The position numbers and the translations under genes are program-made. Shown piece by piece: positions 17,973-27,590 of a DNA stretch of 64,000 bases; position 1 is the stretch's first letter; every line of letters begins with the position of its first letter. This stretch comes from Salinispira sp. Lineage in GTDB: Bacteria > Spirochaetota > Spirochaetia > DSM-27196 > Salinispiraceae. The notes below the pieces were generated by a model. It did no database searches. It saw nothing but the letters and a program-made list of their open reading frames with translations, and was not told the DNA's origin. Location of the stretch: positions 2,784,001 to 2,848,000 of the forward strand of contig OZ271918.1 in assembly GCA_965602015.1 (NCBI GenBank), written 5' to 3'.

Positions 17973-20357
17973 ATGAAATTACAAACTATTCGCCGCGTAA
18001 CTCTCGCGGCCCTGGCAGCTGCCGCGCTAATATTCGCCGCGGGCTGCGCAAGCGCGCCGGCGGCAGCGGAAACCCGGCTGTCGGTGGCGGAAATCTCATC
18101 GGTAAACCAGGTGGGCCTGCGCTTTATCGGACTGCCGGAAGACATTTCAGGCTGGGAATTCAGTATCGATCCGGCCGTCGAGGTTGTCAGCGTGGAGCGC
18201 AACCGCAACGTGGTGACTCTCACCGGCGCCGCCGATTTCGAGCTCAACACGGCCTACCGCGTAACCGCCGCCGACGCCGAAAGCGGTTTTAGCGCCACCG
18301 TTGCCGCCCGGGCGGACAAGCTCGAGGACCTGCTGTTCAACGAGATGTTCTCTGACAAGCCCATGGGCCACAGTGTTCAAAACGGCAGCAATGCATTCCG
18401 GCTCTTCGTTCCTCGGGGAAAGGCCGTGGAATTGCTCATCTACGATTCGGTGGAAGACGGTCCGTCGGTGGGCAGCGTCGGCTCGCCCAGCGCGGTAATC
18501 GCCATGGAAAACGACGGCAACCAGGTGTTCGAGGCCTTCGTCGACGGCGACCTCATGGGAACTTTTTACGGCTACCGGATAACCGAACGGTACGTGGATC
18601 CCACACCCTTCACCCTGGACATCCCCATGGATACGGTGTTCCCCGATCCCTATTCATATGCCTTGGCCAGCAGCAACGACTATCCGCAAATCGGCCTGAC
18701 GCTGATTATGGACCTGGACTCCTTCGACTGGCAGGGTGTCACGCAGCTCGGGGTTCAAATCCAGGATGCCATCATTATGGAAGCCCACCTGCGGGACCTG
18801 AGCATGGACGACAGCGCCGGCTCGGCCAATCCGGGCAGCTATCTCGGCGTGGTGGATGCCAGGACCGGCGGCCTTGCGTGGCTGGAGAGCCTGGGGGTCA
18901 ACGTTGTCGAGTTTCTTCCCCTGCAGGACTTCGGCAACATCGAAGCGCCGTACAAGGAAGATGCCCTGGGTTATTTCAACACCTGGAACGGATACGAGGA
19001 AAACTACTGGGGTTATATGACCATGAACTTCTTCGCGCCGGAAAGCTACTACGCCACCGGGGGCACCCTGGAACCCGGCACCTGGAACGGTACCGACGGC
19101 CGGCAGGTCGATGAAATGAAGACCATGGTTCGGGAACTGCACCGCTCGGGAATTGCCGTGCTAATGGACGTGGTTTACAACCACACTTCAAAATACGACA
19201 ACCAGCCCCTGTTGATTATCGACCGGGACTTTTACTTCAAGGATCAGGACGGCACGGGAACGGGATACGAGCTTGAATCCCGCCGGAAGATGGCCCGTCG
19301 CCTCATCCTCGATTCGGTGAGGTACTGGATGGAGGAATACCGCATCGACGGGTTCCGCTTTGACCTGGCGGCCAGCCACGACCCGGAAACCATCGCGGCA
19401 ATCTACCGGATGGCCAATGAAATCAACCCCGACGTTATGCTCATCGCAGAACCATGGGGCGGAGAGGGGGCCACCAGCTCTGAACAGTTCCTCGAACTCG
19501 GCTGGAGCAAGTGGAACTCGGAAATTCGCGACGCCGTGCGCTCTCAGAACCGGCCGACGCGGGAGGGCCCGGTCTTTGTCCTGGGCGACACCGACGGCGC
19601 CGCCAACCTCATCCCCTGGTGGGCCGACATCAACCCGGCGGAACCCTGGCAGTACGTCCAGTACATCGAAAGCCATGACGATTCCACCCTGGGGGACAAC
19701 CTGAGGATTCAGTCGGGCTTCTATTCATTTTACGATGAGGACGGCAACATCAACCGCATCGACGATCTGGAAGCCTATCACCGCCTGACTCCCGAACTGC
19801 TGGATGCCAACCGGGTAGCCGCGGCCAGCCTCATGTTCAGCCAGGGACCGGTCATGCTGCACCTGGGACAGGAGTGGGCGCGGGGAAAGGTGACCCCGGA
19901 TCTGGGAGGAAATCCCCCGGAAATTACGGAAAACGGCGGGCTTGGCGCCAGCAGCGACAACATTGTCTACCGCACGCCGGCGCCGAACAGCTACAGCGCC
20001 GATAACGCCACCAACTACATCGACTTCGACCTGGCGCAGGTTAACCGGGAGCTCACGGATTACTACCGGGGCCTCATCGCCCTGCGGCGGGCCGAACCCC
20101 TCCTCGGCGGGGCGACTCAGGTGATTCTCACCGCCATCGAAAGCGAAAACCGCAAAGCAGTGGGGGTCGAAATTGACGGATCCATGTACGCCTTCGTCAA
20201 CGCCGGCAGGGATGAAGATGCAGAGTTCGTCATTCCCCCGGGAAGCTACCAGATCCTGGTCGACAAGACCCGGGCGGGAACCGAGGTACTCGGGACAATG
20301 GAGGGCGGCACCATCAGCGTGGAGCCTGCCAGCGCGCTGTTCCTCAAAAAGCAGTAA
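17973..20357 (+). CDS. GH13 pullulanase / alpha-glucan debranching lipoprotein
   Basis: Lipobox FAAGC; NYWGY, DVVYNH, DGFRFDL, IAEPW and YIESHD catalytic regions. Confidence 0.9.
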   Translation: MKLQTIRRVTLAALAAAALIFAAGCASAPAAAETRLSVAEISSVNQVGLRFIGLPEDISGWEFSIDPAVEVVSVERNRNVVTLTGAADFELNTAYRVTAADAESGFSATVAARADKLEDLLFNEMFSDKPMGHSVQNGSNAFRLFVPRGKAVELLIYDSVEDGPSVGSVGSPSAVIAMENDGNQVFEAFVDGDLMGTFYGYRITERYVDPTPFTLDIPMDTVFPDPYSYALASSNDYPQIGLTLIMDLDSFDWQGVTQLGVQIQDAIIMEAHLRDLSMDDSAGSANPGSYLGVVDARTGGLAWLESLGVNVVEFLPLQDFGNIEAPYKEDALGYFNTWNGYEENYWGYMTMNFFAPESYYATGGTLEPGTWNGTDGRQVDEMKTMVRELHRSGIAVLMDVVYNHTSKYDNQPLLIIDRDFYFKDQDGTGTGYELESRRKMARRLILDSVRYWMEEYRIDGFRFDLAASHDPETIAAIYRMANEINPDVMLIAEPWGGEGATSSEQFLELGWSKWNSEIRDAVRSQNRPTREGPVFVLGDTDGAANLIPWWADINPAEPWQYVQYIESHDDSTLGDNLRIQSGFYSFYDEDGNINRIDDLEAYHRLTPELLDANRVAAASLMFSQGPVMLHLGQEWARGKVTPDLGGNPPEITENGGLGASSDNIVYRTPAPNSYSADNATNYIDFDLAQVNRELTDYYRGLIALRRAEPLLGGATQVILTAIESENRKAVGVEIDGSMYAFVNAGRDEDAEFVIPPGSYQILVDKTRAGTEVLGTMEGGTISVEPASALFLKKQ

Positions 20358-20392
20358 TCTTTTTCGCCGGTGCACCGCCGGCGGTTTTACCA

Positions 20393-20460
20393 CTATCCGC
20401 CGGGTTCTCCCCCGGCGGTATTTCCGCTATCCGCCGGGTTCTCGCCCGGCGGTTTTTTTT
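20393..20460 (+). terminator. Tandemly duplicated terminator hairpin
   Basis: 27-bp unit ctatccgccgggttctc(c/g)cccggcggt at 20393-20419 and 20427-20453; the second runs into a T tract. Confidence 0.85.
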
Positions 20461-20518
20461 GCTCCTAATCTTGCGCAGCCTATTCGCCTGTCATACAGTG
20501 GTACCCACAGGAGCAGCC

Positions 20519-21226
20519 ATGATAGGAATAATCGGAGCGATGGAAGAAGAGGTGGAAATTGTCCGCCGGTCGTTAAGAATCAGCGGCGAGACCCGACGAG
20601 GCGACTATGTGTTTATCTCCGGGACCTTTGCATCCCTCGATGTGGTGCTTCTCCAATCGGGCATCGGCAAGGTTAATGCGGCCATCGGCACCACCCTGAT
20701 GATAGAACTGTTTCATCCCCGATTTATCATCAACACGGGATCCGCCGGAGGACTGGTCCCCGCTCTGGACATCGGAGACGTGGTTCTGGCGACGGAGATC
20801 GGCCATCACGATGTGGATACCACGGCCTTCGGATACGCCAAGGGCCAGATTCCCCGGATGCCCCCCACCTTCCCCAGCGACCGGAAGCTCCTGGGCCTGG
20901 CGCACCGGGTGGTGGAAACCGAACACACGTACAAGGCCATCGAGGGCCCCATCGTTTCCGGAGATACCTTCCTCGATCATCCCGATGAAATTCGCGAACT
21001 GCTGGAAGAGTTTCCCCGCAGCCTGGCGGTGGAAATGGAGAGCGCGGCCATTGCCCAAACCTGCCATCAGTTCGATCTGCCCTTTCTTATCATCCGGTCA
21101 ATATCGGACAAGGCAGACTCATCTTCCGCCGGAGATTTCACCGAGAATCTACACCGGGCCTCGGAAAACTCCGCAAAAACCGTCCTGGAGCTGTTAAAAA
21201 TTTACGATGCCGAACACATCGGATAG
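20519..21226 (+). CDS. mtnN: 5'-methylthioadenosine/S-adenosylhomocysteine nucleosidase
   Basis: IGIIGAMEEE, SGIGKVNAA, AVEMESAA, RSISDKAD. Confidence 0.95.
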   Translation: MIGIIGAMEEEVEIVRRSLRISGETRRGDYVFISGTFASLDVVLLQSGIGKVNAAIGTTLMIELFHPRFIINTGSAGGLVPALDIGDVVLATEIGHHDVDTTAFGYAKGQIPRMPPTFPSDRKLLGLAHRVVETEHTYKAIEGPIVSGDTFLDHPDEIRELLEEFPRSLAVEMESAAIAQTCHQFDLPFLIIRSISDKADSSSAGDFTENLHRASENSAKTVLELLKIYDAEHIG

Positions 21227-21315
21227 GAAAAACCCTCCGCATATCATTTGATTATATTTCCCGTCAATATTATGGTACGAATAAGAAGCACATATCAAAA
21301 TGAATGAGGAAAACC

Positions 21316-21795
21316 ATGGACAAAATACCAAGCTTTACCATCGACCATAACACCCTGCTGAGGGGTATATATGTCTCGCGAATCGACGAAGTAGGTGGCG
21401 ATTTCGTCACCACCTACGATATACGAATGAAGGAGCCCAACCGGGAACCGGTAATGGATGTGCCGGCGATTCACACCATTGAGCACCTCGGCGCCACTTT
21501 TCTTCGAAACCGGGAATCCTGGAAGGACGATGTTGTGTACTTCGGCCCCATGGGTTGCCGAACGGGATGCTACCTGCTGCTCAAGGGTAAGCGCGGCAGC
21601 GGTGAAATCGCCCCCCTGGTGACTGAACTCTTCGAGTTCATGGCGAACTTTTCCGATGAGGTACCGGGCGCCGCGGCGAAGGACTGCGGGAACTTCCTGA
21701 GTCACGACCTGGCCATGTGCCGTTGGGAAAGCAAAAAATTTCTCGATGAAGTTCTTCTAAACCTCAAGGATGAAAACCTCAGGTACCCGGCATAA
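21316..21795 (+). CDS. luxS: S-ribosylhomocysteine lyase
   Basis: SFTIDH, HTIEH, GPMGCRTG, CGN. Confidence 0.96.
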   Translation: MDKIPSFTIDHNTLLRGIYVSRIDEVGGDFVTTYDIRMKEPNREPVMDVPAIHTIEHLGATFLRNRESWKDDVVYFGPMGCRTGCYLLLKGKRGSGEIAPLVTELFEFMANFSDEVPGAAAKDCGNFLSHDLAMCRWESKKFLDEVLLNLKDENLRYPA

Positions 21796-21848
21796 AGAAA
21801 CCCCTGCCCGGCTCAGCCGGGCAATCTGTGAACCATCAGGAGCCCGCT

Positions 21849-22550
21849 ATGAAAAAAACGCTGACGCTCATGTTCCTGCTTTTTATCATGTGCGCCGGAC
21901 TGTCCGCCCAGTCATTCGGCACCGGTTTAACCGTCTGGATTCCGGAGACACTCTGGAAATCCGGCGAAGGCTCGGTGAGCCTGGAAAACGGGGTGGACAG
22001 TTCCCTGGGATTGGGGAGCCTTATCAGCCTGCCCTTCGGACTCACCTATCTCAAGGCCCACGGACTGCGACCCGACGGCAGCAGCCAGGCCTATAATTAT
22101 GAATCCGCCGACGGCTCATGGTATCTGGCTGATGTGCTTGTGGCGCATCTCGGCATACAGGCCAGGGCGGACTTCGCAGGGCTATACTTCAAGGCCCAGG
22201 CCGCGGCTGCGGGCAGCTGGCTGATAAGCCTTTCGCCTTTTTCCGCTAGCATAGAGCAATTCTACAAAAACACCGCTGGCAGCGCAGACGCGCACATTTC
22301 CGGCCTGACGACGGATTACCGCTTCGGATGGGGATGGACCGCCGGCGGAGCCATAGGAATGAGGATCGACGCCCTGGAGGTTGAGATCAGCGCCGCCTAC
22401 CGCAGCATTTCTCATGAGGGCATGTTCCGGGCGGGGCTTCTCCTGCTGGACGACGGAGGGAATGTCACCTCAAACACTGATTTGACCGAACAGGTCGCGC
22501 TGGTACTGCGGGGCTTGAGCATTGGCCTCGGCGGGTCTTTTTCCTTTTGA
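21849..22550 (+). CDS. Putative small outer-membrane beta-barrel protein
   Basis: Signal peptide ending LSAQ; amphipathic strands; C-terminal GGSFSF. Confidence 0.6.
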   Translation: MKKTLTLMFLLFIMCAGLSAQSFGTGLTVWIPETLWKSGEGSVSLENGVDSSLGLGSLISLPFGLTYLKAHGLRPDGSSQAYNYESADGSWYLADVLVAHLGIQARADFAGLYFKAQAAAAGSWLISLSPFSASIEQFYKNTAGSADAHISGLTTDYRFGWGWTAGGAIGMRIDALEVEISAAYRSISHEGMFRAGLLLLDDGGNVTSNTDLTEQVALVLRGLSIGLGGSFSF

Positions 22551-23572
22551 ATTCCGCGGCAGGTCCCTCATACAACGCCAAACAGTCCGACGCAAAGCAG
22601 TCAGGCGGCGCTCTGATCTACCGCCGATGGGGCGGTCCCGGGGAGCTTTCCTGGGAAGGCAGCTTTCCCCCCGGCCGATTGCCCGCCATTCCCCCGGGGT
22701 TTTTACGCGTCAGGGTGGCGGCAATCTCGGTTAATCCGGTGGACTGGAAGATAATGAAAGGGGAGCAGAAGCTTCTCACCGGGAAAAATTTTCCCCGGAT
22801 CTTCGGTTCGGATTTTTCCGGAAGGGTGATAGAGTCGGGTCCCGCTTCGGGCTATAAGCCGGGGGACAGAGTCGCCGGAATGATATCGCCGCTGCACAGC
22901 GGAAGCGGCCAACGCGAAGTGTGGCTTCCCGCCCTTCACTGCATTCCGGTCCCCGACGACATGACCCTGGAAGACGCCGCCGGGCTGCCGGCCGCGGGAA
23001 TCTCCGCCATCCTCGCCTCGGGATTTGCGGACCACAAGGTCACCGGTAGCGCTTTGGTCATCGGAGCCGCCGGAGGCGTGGGCTCGTTGGCGGTGCAAAT
23101 ATTACTGAAGCGGGGCTGGGATGTTCACGCCGTCGCCCGGGAGGGCAGGCAGCGAAGCGTCCTGGAATCCCTGGGGTGCTCGAACTTCATTTCACGGGAG
23201 GCCTGGGAAGATGAACTAAGGGGCGGATCATGGGATGCGATAATCGATGCCCCGGGAGTTCTGCACAAAAAGCATCCCCGAAGGCTCCTGGCTTCCGGCG
23301 GATGGTATGCTCCGGTGTACGTTCCCAACAGCCTCATCATTTCCAATTTCTTGAGCCGCCCGCTGTGGTGGATGACAAACCGGCACCGGTCTCTCTTTCT
23401 TGCAGCCCCCAGCGGCCGGCGAATGACCCGCTTGAGGGAACTGATCGAAAGCCGGGTTATCAGACCGGTGACCGACAGCGTATGGCCGGCCGAACAAGCT
23501 CGGGAAGCAATCAGTCACGCCATGGACGGCCCCCTGACGGGAAAGGTGATCATCACACTGCCCGGGGATTAG
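22547..23572 (+). CDS. MDR-family NAD(P)-dependent quinone oxidoreductase-like protein
   Basis: SVNPVDWK, GSDFSG, GAAGGVG, GKVII. Confidence 0.88.
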   Translation: MNSAAGPSYNAKQSDAKQSGGALIYRRWGGPGELSWEGSFPPGRLPAIPPGFLRVRVAAISVNPVDWKIMKGEQKLLTGKNFPRIFGSDFSGRVIESGPASGYKPGDRVAGMISPLHSGSGQREVWLPALHCIPVPDDMTLEDAAGLPAAGISAILASGFADHKVTGSALVIGAAGGVGSLAVQILLKRGWDVHAVAREGRQRSVLESLGCSNFISREAWEDELRGGSWDAIIDAPGVLHKKHPRRLLASGGWYAPVYVPNSLIISNFLSRPLWWMTNRHRSLFLAAPSGRRMTRLRELIESRVIRPVTDSVWPAEQAREAISHAMDGPLTGKVIITLPGD

Positions 23573-23664
23573 GCTACGGGTGGAGTACCCGGTTAACCGA
23601 CCGGCCTGTACGAGGTTTTCTGTTTATCGCTGGACCGCTTCTACTCCCGGTGTTATTATTTCCG

Positions 23665-23687
23665 GAGTGCCCCAAAGCTTGTTGAAC
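23665..23687 (+). repeat. 23-bp dispersed repeat, copy 1
   Basis: gagtgccccaaagcttgttgaac, identical to 27465-27487. Confidence 0.8.
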
Positions 23688-23733
23688 GTTCCCACATTGC
23701 ACAAGATACAGGGTTTGCAAACGGAGGATAGCC

Positions 23734-24417
23734 TTGAAGAAACACATTTACGCCATAATCGCCCTGCTTAGTTTTGCCGGCCCCTTCGCCATGAGTTTCG
23801 ACCGGAGGGTGTATTTCATCCAGTACCTGGTCCCCATTCTCATAGCCACCCTCAGTATCGGCGCTCTGTACATCATCTGGGATGTGATGGTGACCAAAAA
23901 GGGGCATTGGCGCTTCAACGACGAGACCGTGGGACCCAAAAGGATCGCACACCTTCCTCCGGGAGAGTGGCTGTTTTTCCTTCTAATACCCTATGCCTGT
24001 ATTTTTATCTATGAGGTAATTGCCGCCTATTTCGGAGAAGGCAGCGCGCAACCCTCGCTTGTCTGGCTTCAGTATGCCCTTGCAGGCGTATTTGCCGTCC
24101 TGATCTTCCTTGTTCGGGGTAAGGGATACAGCATGCTCGCCATGACGTCGGCGGTCATCTACTTTCTGGCATCTGCGATTTTTACTCCCGGTATTTTCGG
24201 AGCCTCGGGATTCCTGATTTCCATGCTGTTTATATTCGTCGCATTCGGGCTGATAAACGGCTTGTACACCAGCATACCGACCATTTTTTACAACGAGAAC
24301 GCAATTCTCGGCGTGAGGGTCGGCACCATCCCGCTGGAGGATTTTATCTATAACCTGAGCTATATCGGATTGACCCTTACGGTGTACCTAGAAGCTAAAT
24401 CACTCCTGGGCCTCTAA
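23734..24417 (+). CDS. Membrane lycopene cyclase domain protein (two fused CrtYc/Yd-type domains)
   Basis: WD...GHWRFN, LPPGEWLFF and a second-half IPLEDFIY motif; highly hydrophobic. Confidence 0.85.
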   Translation: MKKHIYAIIALLSFAGPFAMSFDRRVYFIQYLVPILIATLSIGALYIIWDVMVTKKGHWRFNDETVGPKRIAHLPPGEWLFFLLIPYACIFIYEVIAAYFGEGSAQPSLVWLQYALAGVFAVLIFLVRGKGYSMLAMTSAVIYFLASAIFTPGIFGASGFLISMLFIFVAFGLINGLYTSIPTIFYNENAILGVRVGTIPLEDFIYNLSYIGLTLTVYLEAKSLLGL

Positions 24418-24927
24418 GAAGGCCACTGCACTGTCCCGGAATACGGGAAACATGAGCCCGAGAAACTGCGAGTCTATTCGGGCAAATTCCTCCGACTCGA
24501 TGAAACGCCGGTACTCCCCGGGACTTACCAAACCGTCGACATCCGAGGCAAGTGCGTCGCGGTCCACTCCTCGGATATCCAGTTCGGACAGGGCGAATCG
24601 GGAGGCCTCTCCCGCGCTTTGCGGAGGCGAGGCGGAGAAAGCCTCCCAGGCCCGAGTAAAGTCCCGGGTTCGGATTTTTCGAAGCTCTTCAATCGCCTCC
24701 TCCCGCCCGAGCCCGTAACGCTCCAACACGGCCAAAACCCGGTTTGAGGCCTCGGTTATGGCCTGACGGTCGCTTTGCTCCATCATGCTGCTGTCCGGAT
24801 TACTGATGACCGCAGCAATAATATTCGGCACCGCAAGACGGAGAAACAGATATCCCCCCACAACCAGCACTGCGATAACCGCAATAACAATGAGAAATAC
24901 CTTCATTGATGTTCTTCCGTAAGCCAT
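24400..24927 (-). CDS. Hypothetical membrane-anchored protein
   Basis: AGGAG RBS before ATG 24927; single N-terminal TM helix. Confidence 0.65.
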   Translation of the reverse strand: MAYGRTSMKVFLIVIAVIAVLVVGGYLFLRLAVPNIIAAVISNPDSSMMEQSDRQAITEASNRVLAVLERYGLGREEAIEELRKIRTRDFTRAWEAFSASPPQSAGEASRFALSELDIRGVDRDALASDVDGLVSPGEYRRFIESEEFARIDSQFLGLMFPVFRDSAVAFLEAQE

Positions 24928-25019
24928 ATAGTCTCCTAACCATATAAAAAAAACTGGAAGCCCGGCGCAGCCCCATGCCCACAGGTCGAGGCGCGCGTCG
25001 GGCAAAAAGCCTTCCCTTC

Positions 25020-26642
25020 CTACTCTCCGGTTAATTCACCGGCTAATTCCCCGCCGTATCCCAGAAAACCCGGCATGACCGCCAGATATTGCCTGTTGAC
25101 CGAGCTCATTGCCCGGGCCGCCGCGGCGGGGGTAAATGCCGCGGGAAAGACTCCGGCGTAGGGCGAGGACTTGCCTCCCCCTCCCAAAAGCCGGCTCATC
25201 AGGCTGCGCCGGCGCTGGGGTACAAACTCGACGGTCAGCGACTGGGCATCGAGGGTCTTCTTCATCCATTCGACGGCCGAATCCAATCCCCCCAGCTCGT
25301 CGACAAGCCGGTTTTCGAGTGCGTCCGGGCCGGCAAACACATGCCCCTCGCCCAGTTCATGCACTTGTTCAACACTCATGCCGCGGGCTTTTGCCACCCG
25401 CGAGCGAAACATATCGTACAAATCGCGAATGTAGTCCATGAGGAGCTTCCGCTCCTTTTCGGTCAAATCCCGAAGCGCAGACATCAGATCTGCTGATTCC
25501 CCGGTTTTTACCGTTGAATGGGTTATGCCGTGATGCCTGAGAAATTCGGCGATGTTGAAGTGGATATTTATCACGCCGATGGAACCGGTCACCGTGCTGC
25601 GCTCGGCGAAGATGCGCTCAGCCTCGGTGGAAATCCAGTAGCCTCCGGAACCGGCCACCGCGCCCATTGACACCACCACGGGTTTTTTCTCCCTGAGGCG
25701 GGCCAGTTCACGGGCAATGTCTTCCGAGGCGATGGCCGAGCCCCCGCCGGAGTTAACCCGAAAGATGACGGCCTTTACCGACTTGTCCTTGACGAGTTTT
25801 CGTATAACCGGGACATAGTCGTTGGAGCCGATCATTTGGCCGTAGAGCTGACTGTTCTCGTTGTGACCGTCCTTTATGCCCCCCTCGAAAACCAGCACCG
25901 CCACCTTTGGCCCCTTTCCGCTTTTGAGGGGAATCTTTTTTACCCGCGCCGGTTTGCTTTTTGCGTCGCGAAACTCGGCGATGAGGTCATCGAGGCTGCC
26001 TTCCCGATGAGCCCAGCCCTCTTCCACCGCATGCCGGGCGTAGAGTATTCGCCCCGAGCGCAGCTCCTGAAGTTCCTCCGTCGATTTTCCGTAGCCCTCG
26101 GCGATTACCGCTTCGTGCTCGCTCACCACCGAATCGAGGATCGCCTGATACTGCTGTCTGTTGTTCTCATCGATCTCGGCGACCCTGAAACTGTCTCCCG
26201 CAGATTTATAGCGGCCAACCCTGAGAACTTCCGCCTTGATGCGGTGCCGGTCCATGAGATTCTTAAAAAAACGGAATTCCCTACCGATGCCTAAATGCAT
26301 AACTCCGCCCAGTGGGTGAATAACCCGCTCCTGGCAGGCCGAGGCTAAAATGAGTTCGGTCATGCCGTATTGCCGGGCATAAAAAATCAGCGTCTTGCTG
26401 GCTTCCCGCAAGCGCATGAGTTGGCTCCTTATAGAGAGTGCGCCTGAGAGATTGCCCGCAGAGAAATCCATCTCGCAGTTTACCAGTACGCGGTCAATTC
26501 TTTTGTTTTTGACAAGGATTCCCGTTAAGCCGTAGAGCTGGTCAAAGCGCAAGCGGGGTTGAGCATTGATGTTGTTCAACAAACCGCCGGTTTGAGAGCC
26601 GGTTTCATAGTATGTTCCGCTGAGGTCGAGCTGGTAATACAT
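25020..26642 (-). CDS. sppA: Signal peptide peptidase SppA (tandem S49 domains)
   Basis: GRYKSAG, RVNSGGGS, SMGAVAGSGGYW, TGSIGV, LVDELGG. Confidence 0.92.
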   Translation of the reverse strand: MYYQLDLSGTYYETGSQTGGLLNNINAQPRLRFDQLYGLTGILVKNKRIDRVLVNCEMDFSAGNLSGALSIRSQLMRLREASKTLIFYARQYGMTELILASACQERVIHPLGGVMHLGIGREFRFFKNLMDRHRIKAEVLRVGRYKSAGDSFRVAEIDENNRQQYQAILDSVVSEHEAVIAEGYGKSTEELQELRSGRILYARHAVEEGWAHREGSLDDLIAEFRDAKSKPARVKKIPLKSGKGPKVAVLVFEGGIKDGHNENSQLYGQMIGSNDYVPVIRKLVKDKSVKAVIFRVNSGGGSAIASEDIARELARLREKKPVVVSMGAVAGSGGYWISTEAERIFAERSTVTGSIGVINIHFNIAEFLRHHGITHSTVKTGESADLMSALRDLTEKERKLLMDYIRDLYDMFRSRVAKARGMSVEQVHELGEGHVFAGPDALENRLVDELGGLDSAVEWMKKTLDAQSLTVEFVPQRRRSLMSRLLGGGGKSSPYAGVFPAAFTPAAAARAMSSVNRQYLAVMPGFLGYGGELAGELTGE

Positions 26643-26766
26643 GTGTTCTCCTGTTGGGTTGCTTCTGATTGTATGTGTATAGTGCCTGGAAGCTTGTTAA
26701 AAATATAGATAAATACCGGACAAACGGCCAACTGTCGCATCTGCGTTTTAACGGGGACCGGCTTCT

Positions 26767-26818
26767 TTGACAAGCGCCGGCTTCCATAGTACAGTATTGC
26801 GAATTGACCACCCGGTCA
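26767..26818 (+). promoter_or_regulatory. sigma70 promoter of the TetR gene with downstream operator
   Basis: TTGACA(26767)-N17-TACAGT(26790); palindrome TGACC-ACCC-GGTCA at 26805-26818. Confidence 0.8.
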
Positions 26819-26850
26819 CAATTGATCCGGTTCCATCCGGCAGGAGTTGT

Positions 26851-27462
26851 ATGAATCACAGTTTTCTCAGGCTCAGCCCGGAAAAGCGAAACACCATCGA
26901 GCAGGCCGCCCTCGAAGAATTCGCCGAGTGGGGTTTTGACGGTGCCAGTACTAACCGGATAGTTCAATCGGCGGGAATATCCAAGGGCAGCTTGTTCAAG
27001 TACTTCTCTTCCAAGGAAGATTTATATCTGCATCTTGTGGATATCACCATGAAACAGGTAATTCCCGTTATACTCGAAAAATCCCGATCCCTCCCGACGG
27101 ACATCACCCAGCGGGTCGTTCTGCTATCTGAAAATGTCATCGATATCTATATCGCTAATCCGCTGTACTACCGGCTGTTCATGGGTATGCTGGATTCAGG
27201 CGCGCGCAAAGTTCAAGCGGAAATCCTGCATCGCTACGCCGAAAACCTGAGTTTCCTCGATCTGTTCACCGGAGTCGACAACTCCCGGTTCCGCCTCAGC
27301 GGAGAGTCGGTATTTCGGCTCATCAGATGGCTGTTCGCCGGAATCAAACAGGAACTTTTCGAGCTCACCAGCGTTCAGCAGGACCCTGCTGAGCTCAAGA
27401 GGGCCTTTATGGCAAAACTCGATGAGGTAGTTGAGCTGCTCCGCCATGGTATTTATTCCTGA
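26851..27462 (+). CDS. TetR/AcrR-family transcriptional regulator
   Basis: GFDGASTNRIVQSAGISKGSLFKYFSSKEDL HTH; AGGAG RBS. Confidence 0.93.
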   Translation: MNHSFLRLSPEKRNTIEQAALEEFAEWGFDGASTNRIVQSAGISKGSLFKYFSSKEDLYLHLVDITMKQVIPVILEKSRSLPTDITQRVVLLSENVIDIYIANPLYYRLFMGMLDSGARKVQAEILHRYAENLSFLDLFTGVDNSRFRLSGESVFRLIRWLFAGIKQELFELTSVQQDPAELKRAFMAKLDEVVELLRHGIYS

Positions 27463-27464
27463 CC

Positions 27465-27487
27465 GAGTGCCCCAAAGCTTGTTGAAC
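27465..27487 (+). repeat. 23-bp dispersed repeat, copy 2
   Basis: Identical to 23665-23687; degenerate third copy at 26681-26701. Confidence 0.8.
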
Positions 27488-27501
27488 TTTTAAATTTGCT
27501 A

Positions 27502-27556
27502 TTGACCACCCGGTCACTCGGGATTATAGTATTGAATAGCAGTGACCACATGGTCA
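27502..27556 (+). promoter_or_regulatory. sigma70 promoter of the ABC operon with two TetR operators
   Basis: TTGACC(27502)-N17-TATAGT(27525); TGACC-N4-GGTCA at 27503-27516 and 27543-27556. Confidence 0.85.
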
Positions 27557-27590
27557 TTAAATAGCATTTTCACATAAACCCGGAGGTAAG

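Noticed and set aside
23665..27487. Integrated element bounded by att sites
   Set aside because: No integrase or tRNA, and the right repeat separates tetR from its own target operon; kept only as an unexplained repeat
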